From: Candidatus Gottesmanbacteria bacterium RIFCSPLOWO2_01_FULL_43_11b
GTDB taxonomy: Bacteria > Patescibacteriota > Microgenomatia > UBA10105 > UBA927
Assembly (NCBI GenBank): GCA_001780985.1
Contig: MFJV01000001.1
Location: 913,609-977,608, forward strand
Reading direction: 5' to 3'
DNA: 64,000 bases
This document shows, piece after piece, positions 50,660 through 57,148 of this stretch (the stretch's first letter is position 1; every line of letters starts with the position of its first letter). The notes beneath the pieces are model-generated. The model saw only the letters and a program-made list of their open reading frames with translations, ran no database searches and had not been told where the DNA came from. A program made the translations under genes and the position numbers.

Positions 50660-50941
50660 ATGGCTCATATTAAAGCAGGCGGAACCACTCGAGCAAATAA
50701 AGATTCAGCCTCCAAGAGACTTGGAGTTAAAATTTATGGTGGACAACGCGCAATTGCTGGAAATATCATTGTTCGTCAAAAGGGAACAAAAGTATACCCG
50801 GGAGACGGGGTGAGTATTGGGAGAGATTTTACAATTTTTGCATTGACTTCTGGTTTAGTTGAATTTTTTACCAAAAGAGGGAAACAATACGTTTCGGTCC
50901 TGCCTGCCGGCAGGCAGGTCCTGCCCGCCAAGAGCCAATAA
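50660..50941 (+). CDS. rpmA: 50S ribosomal protein bL27 with C-terminal palindrome insert
   Basis: [28 protein letters not shown]. Confidence 0.95.
   Translation: MAHIKAGGTTRANKDSASKRLGVKIYGGQRAIAGNIIVRQKGTKVYPGDGVSIGRDFTIFALTSGLVEFFTKRGKQYVSVLPAGRQVLPAKSQ
50899..50919. repeat. Palindrome CCTGCCTGCCGGCAGGCAGG(T) in frame in rpmA (adds LPAGRQV)
   Basis: Identical to 21008-21028; flanked by GTCCTGCC direct repeat. Confidence 0.85.
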
Positions 50942-50942
50942 C

Positions 50943-51752
50943 ATGGCCGACACCCAACAGGTTTTACATCTTGAGATTGATCTTGTTCAACCCAACCCAC
51001 TGCAGCCCCGTGGTTTGATTTCACCTGACTCCCTTGCAGAACTGGTCAACTCCATTAAAGAACACGGAATTATTGAGCCATTGGTTGTAGCTAAGACACC
51101 TGCTGGCTACCAAATTATTGCGGGGGAGAGACGGTGGCGGGCAAGTAAATTAGCAGGACTGTCAACCGTTCCCGTCATCCTTAAGGAAACATCAGCAAAA
51201 GGAATGCTCGAGATGGCATTGGTTGAAAACGTACAACGCGAGGATTTAAATCCCATTGACCGCGCGCAGGCATTTCAACGGTTAATTGAAGAATTTGGGT
51301 TGCCAGTTTCAGAGATTGCAAAACGCATTGGAAAAAGCGAATCGTATGTGAGCAACACAATGCGTCTTTTAGCCCTTCCTGATGCGATAAAAGACGGATT
51401 AATTTCAGGTTCTATTTCTGAAGGGCATGCGCGGGCAATTGCAGGCCTTGGTGATGTCAAACTCATGGTGGATGCGTATAAAACAATTCTTACGGAAAGC
51501 GCGTCTGTTCGTAGAGCAGAAGATTTAGCACGAAGACTCAAAGCGCAAATAAATAAAAAACCTGTCCATAAATTACAGCGAATTCACAGCGACGAGCTGG
51601 ATAACATGGCAAAGGGCATGGCGCAGGCAGTCAACGGACTCGTTAAAATTACCCAATCGAAAGTCGAAGCACGATTGGTCTTTGTCATCCGTGGCAACCT
51701 CGAATCAACAAGCAAAATCCTCAAGGATATAAATAAAAAACTCACCTCTTAA
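50943..51752 (+). CDS. parB: Chromosome partitioning protein ParB
   Basis: PNP.QPR, IIAGERRWRA, ENVQREDL, HTH, GHARA. Confidence 0.93.
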   Translation: MADTQQVLHLEIDLVQPNPLQPRGLISPDSLAELVNSIKEHGIIEPLVVAKTPAGYQIIAGERRWRASKLAGLSTVPVILKETSAKGMLEMALVENVQREDLNPIDRAQAFQRLIEEFGLPVSEIAKRIGKSESYVSNTMRLLALPDAIKDGLISGSISEGHARAIAGLGDVKLMVDAYKTILTESASVRRAEDLARRLKAQINKKPVHKLQRIHSDELDNMAKGMAQAVNGLVKITQSKVEARLVFVIRGNLESTSKILKDINKKLTS

Positions 51753-52315
51753 GGGATCTCGTAGGAAGGCTGTGGGACAACGCCGAATTTAGAAAACGGC
51801 CAATAGCGAAGAAACGCTTTTCCGATAAAATCTTCTTTCGGAACCGTTCCAAATTCCCGTGAATCAGCACTATGCGGGCGATTGTCACCCATGACAAAAT
51901 ATTCTCCTTCGGGTACAACAATCTCTTGATCTTCGGTTAAATACGATCCGCCGAAAATCGTTATGTCTGGCGAGAGATACGGTTCCTCAACTTCACTGTC
52001 GTTGACATACATCGTATCGTTACGAAGCATCACCGTATCACCGGGAAGACCGATAATTCTTTTAATGTAATCAATTTCAGGATTACCGGGGGATTTAAAA
52101 ATTACAACTTCACCACGTTTGGGATCTTTAATTTTATAAAGAATTTTGTTGGTGAGGATGTATTCCCCGTTGATAAACGACGGCTCCATGCTTGCCCCTT
52201 TAATTTCCTGTGGCGACATAACGAAGAGGTAAATCATGACCATAATTGCCATGACAACAACGATAGATTGGAGAAAATCAAAAATGGCCACCACGGCCCG
52301 CTTAATAAAATCCAT
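51749..52315 (-). CDS. lepB: Signal peptidase I
   Basis: GASMEP, YIKRIIGLPGD, MGDNR..S.DSR.FG. Confidence 0.95.
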   Translation of the reverse strand: MDFIKRAVVAIFDFLQSIVVVMAIMVMIYLFVMSPQEIKGASMEPSFINGEYILTNKILYKIKDPKRGEVVIFKSPGNPEIDYIKRIIGLPGDTVMLRNDTMYVNDSEVEEPYLSPDITIFGGSYLTEDQEIVVPEGEYFVMGDNRPHSADSREFGTVPKEDFIGKAFLRYWPFSKFGVVPQPSYEIP

Positions 52316-52338
52316 AATTTTCCTACGTTTAGTCTAAG

Positions 52339-52347
52339 TGATATAAT
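52339..52347 (+). promoter_or_regulatory. Extended -10 promoter for the tRNA locus
   Basis: TGaTATAAT 12 nt before the tRNA-like 5' end. Confidence 0.5.
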
Positions 52348-52359
52348 AACCCTCGTCAA

Positions 52360-52439
52360 GGACGACTAGCTCAGCTGGTTTACCCGATCAAGTTTTTTTG
52401 CAAAGCAAAAAATTTGTGCGGGTGAAGAGCGTTTCATTG
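52360..52439 (+). pseudogene. 5' half of a tRNA-Val-like gene with a hairpin insert in the D-loop
   Basis: GGACGAC-TA-GCTC-AGCTGGTT-[insert]-AGAGC-G-TTTCA-TTG, then interrupted. Confidence 0.75.
52382..52423. repeat. Hairpin element E1 (ACCCG...CGGGT)
   Basis: ACCCGATCAAGTTTTTTTGC-AAA-GCAAAAAATTTGTGCGGGT; homologous to E2. Confidence 0.8.
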
Positions 52440-52705
52440 TGTATTACGTGTATATTTTAAAAAGTTTGACTGACAAGAAATTGTATTCCGGATATACTGA
52501 TAATTTGAAAAGGCGTTTTCGAGAGCATAATAATGGAGAAGTGGAGAGTACGAGGAATAGAAAACCTTTTACGTTGGTATATTACGAAGCGTATCAGCAT
52601 CAACAAGATGCTACCGCAAGAGAAAAGTTCTTTAAAACACAGTGGGGAAGGAATTATTTGAAAAAGGTTTTAAAAAATTATTGGGCGCGCATAGCTCAGG
52701 GGTAG
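52439..52705 (+). CDS. Small GIY-YIG nuclease (88 aa, GTG start)
   Basis: YYVYIL...LYSGYTDNL.RRF.EHN...T....PF.LVYYE......A..REKFFK...GR. Confidence 0.9.
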   Translation: MYYVYILKSLTDKKLYSGYTDNLKRRFREHNNGEVESTRNRKPFTLVYYEAYQHQQDATAREKFFKTQWGRNYLKKVLKNYWARIAQG

Positions 52706-52756
52706 AGCGCTTCGTTGACATCGAAGAGGTCTATGGTTCAAATCCATATGCGCGCA
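52685..52756 (+). tRNA. tRNA-Val(GAC)
   Basis: Full cloverleaf: GCGCGCA/TGCGCGC, GCTC/GAGC, CTTCG-TTGACAT-CGAAG, TATGG-TTCAAAT-CCATA, discriminator A. Confidence 0.95.
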
Positions 52757-52763
52757 CAAGGAT

Positions 52764-52829
52764 GAGCGTTTCATTGACCCGAACAAATTTTCTCAAGAAA
52801 ACTTGCGCGGGTTGACATTGAAAAGGGTC
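52764..52829 (+). pseudogene. Anticodon-arm fragment of tRNA-Val(GAC) with a hairpin insert in the anticodon loop
   Basis: GAGCG-TTTCA-TTG-[insert]-TGACAT-TGAAA-AGGGTC; no T-arm follows. Confidence 0.7.
52777..52812. repeat. Hairpin element E2 (ACCCG...CGGGT)
   Basis: ACCCGAACAAATTTTCT-CA-AGAAAACTTGCGCGGGT; homologous to E1. Confidence 0.8.
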
Positions 52830-52832
52830 CAC

Positions 52833-54089
52833 ATGAATAAAAATCTTCGCGCATGGCTCCTCTACGATGCCGGTAATTCTTTCATCGTTTCCGCGACAGG
52901 AGGGCTATTCCTGGCACAATGGTTCGTGTTAGACAAAGGGATTCCTGAAGCCTGGTATGGATTTGCGTTTTCAGCCGCCACAGTTTTTGTATTGCTTTCC
53001 TCTCCCATCATTGGTGCTTGGTCGGATACACTCGGCTACAGAAAACCATTTATCAATTTTTTTACCATCGCACTTCTTCTTGCGGGATCGTTGATGATTT
53101 TCACAACGAATGTAGCTGGTTTTGGAAATCTGTTTCCACTTCTCACACTCTTACTTTTCTTTTTTGTGCAATACACCTACCAGTTAAGTTTTTTATTTTT
53201 CAATACATTGTTAGAAAAACTCTCCTCGAAACAAACTCTTGCTCGTATATCAGGATTAAGCACTCTTTATAATCAAATAGCCTACGTATTAGCGAATGCA
53301 ATTCTTTTACTGTTTGCCATGGGCAAAATAACGCTCATTGGAATTCCCGGACGTTCTCAAGTATTTTTGCCGGCAGTAGTAATCTGCACAATTTTTTCTT
53401 TACCGCTTATTCTGCAATTTCAGGAGAAACGTACGGTGAAAGAGGGAAGTACAAGACAAACGAGTGCGCTTGCAGAAACAATCGGTGGAATTCGAATGCT
53501 TTTTAAGAAAGAAAGAAATGTTGGAGTGTTTCTTTTGGGATTTAGTTTTGTATCTGACGCGCTTCTCACAATCTCGCTGTATTTTGCTCTCGTCATGAAT
53601 GAACTCTACCGCATGAGCGACGTGCAAAAACTTATCGCCATCTCTTTAATGTATGTCTGTGCGGGATTAATTGGCGCGCTGCTTGGAAAAGTCGCTGGTC
53701 GGTTTGGGATGAAGCGAAGCTTACTTTTTATGGCGTTGATGCTTACTGGATCCTTTACCGTTGCACTTTTGGGGTCAAACTTTTCCGTGTTGCTGGTAAC
53801 CTTAATTTTTGCAGGGATAGGATGGGGCGGATTTTACAGTCTGACGAGAGCGATGCTCATTCGAATTGCGCCCCCTGCGCGATTGGGAGAATACTTTGGG
53901 TTTTACTCAACATTTGAGCGCTTCGCATCAATTATTGGACCGACGATTTGGGGAGTGATCGTCACATGGCTTGCAGTAACTGGAGGATTCAGATATAGAA
54001 TTGCAGGGATTACAGAGGTAGTACTTATGGTCATAGGAATAGTTTTATTGTCGAAAGTAAAAGTAAGTAGATCCTATGGCAAACTATAA
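52833..54089 (+). CDS. MFS transporter (UMF1/ATG22-like)
   Basis: AW.LYD.GNS, G.WSD..G.RK, GEYFGFY...RF.SI.GP; about 12 TM. Confidence 0.85.
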   Translation: MNKNLRAWLLYDAGNSFIVSATGGLFLAQWFVLDKGIPEAWYGFAFSAATVFVLLSSPIIGAWSDTLGYRKPFINFFTIALLLAGSLMIFTTNVAGFGNLFPLLTLLLFFFVQYTYQLSFLFFNTLLEKLSSKQTLARISGLSTLYNQIAYVLANAILLLFAMGKITLIGIPGRSQVFLPAVVICTIFSLPLILQFQEKRTVKEGSTRQTSALAETIGGIRMLFKKERNVGVFLLGFSFVSDALLTISLYFALVMNELYRMSDVQKLIAISLMYVCAGLIGALLGKVAGRFGMKRSLLFMALMLTGSFTVALLGSNFSVLLVTLIFAGIGWGGFYSLTRAMLIRIAPPARLGEYFGFYSTFERFASIIGPTIWGVIVTWLAVTGGFRYRIAGITEVVLMVIGIVLLSKVKVSRSYGKL

Positions 54090-54768
54090 TTCAACCATTC
54101 TTGATACTCTCATTCCTAAAATAAAAGCAGTTATTTTTGATATGGATGGGGTGCTGGTTGATTCCGAATCTCAACATTTCCGTGCGCATAAAATGGCAAT
54201 AGAAGAAAATGGAGGAACATTAACCAAAGAATTTTATAGTACGCATGGGATTTCTCGCGACCCCTTACTGTTTTACGCGGATTGTTTTCCTGATAAAAAG
54301 AATAACAAAGAATTTTTATCATGCGTGTCACGGCGAAAACTTCAAATATATAGACAGTTGCAGGAGAAAGAGGGAATTCTTTCTGTCAAACCAGCGATAT
54401 CGCTAGTCAAATTTCTTTACGGAAAACATATTCCGCTTGCAGATGGAACAGCGGTCTACAAGAATGAAGCAATGAAAAATCTTACGACACTGGGAGTAAG
54501 TAATTTTTTCCGAGTGATTGTAACTCTTGATGATGTTGGCGGTAAACGGAAACCAGCTCCAGATATTTATTTAAAAGTTTCACAACTTCTTAAAGTTCCT
54601 CCCAATCGCTGTCTAGTGATTGAGGATTCAGAAAATGGCGTTAAGGCGGCAGCAGCCGCGGGTATGCCTGTTGTCGTTGTTCCGAATGCGTTTACCAAAA
54701 CGCACAATTTTACCGGTGTAATCATCGTTTCCTCATTTGAGCAGATCAAAAAAACATTTAGTATCTAG
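54076..54768 (+). CDS. HAD family phosphatase (beta-PGM/CbbY-like)
   Basis: FDMDGVLVDSE, KPAPDIY, IEDS..GV.AA. Confidence 0.9.
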   Translation: MANYNSTILDTLIPKIKAVIFDMDGVLVDSESQHFRAHKMAIEENGGTLTKEFYSTHGISRDPLLFYADCFPDKKNNKEFLSCVSRRKLQIYRQLQEKEGILSVKPAISLVKFLYGKHIPLADGTAVYKNEAMKNLTTLGVSNFFRVIVTLDDVGGKRKPAPDIYLKVSQLLKVPPNRCLVIEDSENGVKAAAAAGMPVVVVPNAFTKTHNFTGVIIVSSFEQIKKTFSI

Positions 54769-54833
54769 ACAAAAGAAGTAAATTGTGAGGTAATATACGT
54801 AAACTGTTTTTTATGAAGGCGAGGTGATACGAA

Positions 54834-55079
54834 ATGCAAAACGTACCTGGCGTCACTGATCATCTAAAGACACATATCGGTAAATGGCCGGCGACAAAAG
54901 CAGAACTGGTTGCGGCTTGTAATGCTTTAAGCGATTTTACTCCGGAAGATAAAGCAGAATTTGAATCGAAACTGCCGGATGGGACATACAACAGCGCCGA
55001 CGATGTGATGAGAGCATTGGGAATGGAGGCAAGTCCGCCAGTTGGTGGAACGCCACCATCTGCGCCGATGCCAAGCTAA
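54834..55079 (+). CDS. Small protein, DUF2795-like
   Basis: WPATKAELV...LPDGTYNSADDV..ALG; GAGGTGA SD. Confidence 0.65.
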   Translation: MQNVPGVTDHLKTHIGKWPATKAELVAACNALSDFTPEDKAEFESKLPDGTYNSADDVMRALGMEASPPVGGTPPSAPMPS

Positions 55080-55096
55080 TGTGAAAACCAATTCAT

Positions 55097-55138
55097 AAAG
55101 CGCGCTTGCGAAATTACGTTTGACCTCAAGCGCGTTTT
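55097..55138. terminator. Hairpin between convergent genes (possible bidirectional terminator)
   Basis: AAAGCGCGCTTG...CAAGCGCGTTTT. Confidence 0.5.
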
Positions 55139-55561
55139 CTATTTGGAAGTCCGTTGAATGGAAGGGTGCGCTATATATATGTACCCGGTTTCACGAATAG
55201 TCTGAACTATTGCAGGAAGAGAAGTATCCGCGAATCGAAGGTTTGAACGAACCCGAGAAGCACATTGACGAAAAGCACTTATCATAGCTTCTTTAACAAA
55301 TTTATTACTGTTTTTTAAAGTGTCACCATTTTTAAAAAATAATGCCTCGAGTAGGACTTCGTATGTTTGAATAGAGTTTGGATTTATGAGCAATTTTAAA
55401 AAAAATGAGTGATCAAGAGGGAATAACCGCGCGATTACGTTTTTATTGACCAGCAATTCATGGTTGAGTATGTCATAGGAAACATATTTATTTTTCCTGT
55501 CGAGCAATTTCAGGTAGGTTTCTACGCCTAATCGTTCTCGATTAATCTCGATGCGATTCAT
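55139..55561 (-). CDS. Stand-alone OmpR/PhoB-type winged-helix protein
   Basis: LKLLI.P......Y..L.E.LF...SRVRSNL...IVQTIRETGY. Confidence 0.7.
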   Translation of the reverse strand: MNRIEINRERLGVETYLKLLDRKNKYVSYDILNHELLVNKNVIARLFPLDHSFFLKLLINPNSIQTYEVLLEALFFKNGDTLKNSNKFVKEAMISAFRQCASRVRSNLRFADTSLPAIVQTIRETGYIYIAHPSIQRTSK

Positions 55562-55571
55562 AATTGACGCT

Positions 55572-55623
55572 ATTATACTTTAGCCCACCAGTATTTGACA
55601 AATTATTGTTTCCTTGACAAAAT
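55572..55623. promoter_or_regulatory. Divergent promoters with overlapping -35 boxes
   Basis: Plus strand TTGACA-17-CAAAAT-7-ATG; minus strand TTGTCA-18-TATAAT-10-ATG. Confidence 0.6.
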
Positions 55624-55630
55624 AGCGCAT

Positions 55631-55948
55631 ATGCCAAATATTGAAGCGCTTTATGACGGAGTTGCACATACCGTTGATTGTGTGAATGTGAAGATCAAAA
55701 ATGGAGGACGGGTTGTCATCCTTGAAGTGCCCAAAGGATCTGTTTGGGGATTACGTGACCTTATCCGGCACGAATCCTATGGTATGCAAATAACTCCGGA
55801 GAGCGAAGGGGATGCAACTACTGAAGATGTTATTTCATTGGATGCAAGGCGGACACCGATAGCCGGACCCATGAAGATTTTGAAAAAGGATCAAGACGGA
55901 CGCCGTGTAGCAATAAAAGTCCGCCGCTTCCGCCCGTTCCCAATATGA
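55631..55948 (+). CDS. Hypothetical protein (105 aa)
   Basis: ORF with leaderless-type promoter; ATGA overlap with next gene. Confidence 0.6.
   Translation: MPNIEALYDGVAHTVDCVNVKIKNGGRVVILEVPKGSVWGLRDLIRHESYGMQITPESEGDATTEDVISLDARRTPIAGPMKILKKDQDGRRVAIKVRRFRPFPI
55912..55931 (+). repeat. 20-bp direct repeat, copy 1 (AATAAAAGTCCGCCGCTTCC)
   Basis: Exact second copy at 56683-56702. Confidence 0.8.
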
Positions 55949-56649
55949 GACGACCCGGTCCTGAAATTATTATACTGAGCAGTTTATTCCTTGGTTCGTG
56001 TAATCCTGTTCGAGCAACACAACAACCTGAAATTATTGATACACCCTCTAGGTTTACTCCCGCTCTGCCGATTCCTTCAATGACCCCTAAGCCAGAACAA
56101 ATCCCCTCAGCCGGTATTCATCAAATAGAACCAGGAGAAATTTTAAATTTGGAGCATTTTACGTTTGAAAATCAGATGAGAGGGTATTCGGTTCGGATAG
56201 TCACCCTCCAACTTAACGAGGTGTCAAAACGGTATGACGTACCATTAGATGTGGGACAAGATACAACTATAATCCTCTCACCAGAAATTTTTGAAGGTGA
56301 GAATGGAAGCGCCGTACGTTTTTTCGACGAAGAGAATGGCAAACAACGCATCGAAATTTCAGGCGGACTGTTTGAACAAGTTGTTTCGTTAATTACGGGT
56401 AGAGTTCCAAGAGACTTAAGAGATCAAACGCTTTTATCGGTTATGTTAAGTGAAAAAATGATTTTTGCCCTTGCTCGCATTGCTGAGCAACGGGGACAAC
56501 TTCCTGAGGGTTCATCTCAAATTATTGAAAGCCAGTACATAGAAGATATACTAAATTTGGAAGCAAAATTAGTGGCAGGGATGCAGATTTTGGGAAATCC
56601 TCTTCCTGAACCTGCCGAACCTCCCCCCGGCAACCCTCCCTCTGCTTAA
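55945..56649 (+). CDS. Putative lipoprotein, Pro-rich termini
   Basis: Hydrophobic signal with LGSC lipobox. Confidence 0.6.
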   Translation: MRRPGPEIIILSSLFLGSCNPVRATQQPEIIDTPSRFTPALPIPSMTPKPEQIPSAGIHQIEPGEILNLEHFTFENQMRGYSVRIVTLQLNEVSKRYDVPLDVGQDTTIILSPEIFEGENGSAVRFFDEENGKQRIEISGGLFEQVVSLITGRVPRDLRDQTLLSVMLSEKMIFALARIAEQRGQLPEGSSQIIESQYIEDILNLEAKLVAGMQILGNPLPEPAEPPPGNPPSA

Positions 56650-56652
56650 CAT

Positions 56653-56672
56653 TAGAAGTATGCGAACCTTCT
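56653..56672. repeat. REP-like TAGAAGTATGCGAACCTTCT
   Basis: Shared with 26700 and 45320. Confidence 0.75.
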
Positions 56673-56682
56673 CTGTCTTTCT

Positions 56683-56702
56683 AATAAAAGTCCGCCGCTT
56701 CC
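56683..56702 (+). repeat. 20-bp direct repeat, copy 2
   Basis: Exact match to 55912-55931. Confidence 0.8.
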
Positions 56703-56714
56703 ACCCTTTTCCCG

Positions 56715-57086
56715 CTACTTAGCCTGCGGGACGTAGGTAATTCCCACTCCTTTAATTGTTTTAACACTCTCCGCGAGGGTTGGATCAACAGATTTTAATT
56801 TATTTCGCAATTGAGTTATGATTCCTGTGGTAAGCTTCAGGACTTTGAATGCTTCATATTCATTTTCGGGGAGTGGGGTTGACGGAAAGAGTAATCGAAA
56901 TACATCTGTGCGTGAGAGAATTTCATCGGGATGGGCTATTAAATGCGAGAAGAGCTTACTCCGTTGTTTTGAAAGTCGTACCCTTGATTCTCCATTTGAG
57001 AGCATACGTTTTCTGGGCGCATAATAAATGCTTTTCTTTCCATTTTGGTTTAGTTGAATAAGACCTTCCCCCTCCGGCGCTTTCAT
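56715..57086 (-). CDS. Stand-alone OmpR/PhoB-type winged-helix protein
   Basis: VRLS....KL...L..HP.EILSR...I.QLRNKL...VKTIKGVG. Confidence 0.78.
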   Translation of the reverse strand: MKAPEGEGLIQLNQNGKKSIYYAPRKRMLSNGESRVRLSKQRSKLFSHLIAHPDEILSRTDVFRLLFPSTPLPENEYEAFKVLKLTTGIITQLRNKLKSVDPTLAESVKTIKGVGITYVPQAK

Positions 57087-57092
57087 AAATTT

Positions 57093-57139
57093 ATTATAGC
57101 AGAGCGCATATTGATAACAATAATTCAAATTCCTATAAT
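57093..57139. promoter_or_regulatory. Divergent promoters with overlapping -35 boxes
   Basis: Plus strand TTGATA-17-TATAAT-9-ATG; minus strand TTGTTA-16-(TGc)TATAAT-6-ATG. Confidence 0.6.
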
Positions 57140-57148
57140 GCCATTAGG

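Noticed and set aside
52381-52812. Group I or bulge-helix-bulge tRNA intron holding a homing endonuclease
   Set aside because: No ribozyme core or BHB is visible, an intact tRNA lies inside, and the broken tRNA has no T-arm or 3' acceptor exon.
56644-56714. Integron attC (GCTTAAC matches RYYYAAC at the stop codon)
   Set aside because: No matching GTTRRRY core and no integrase in the window.
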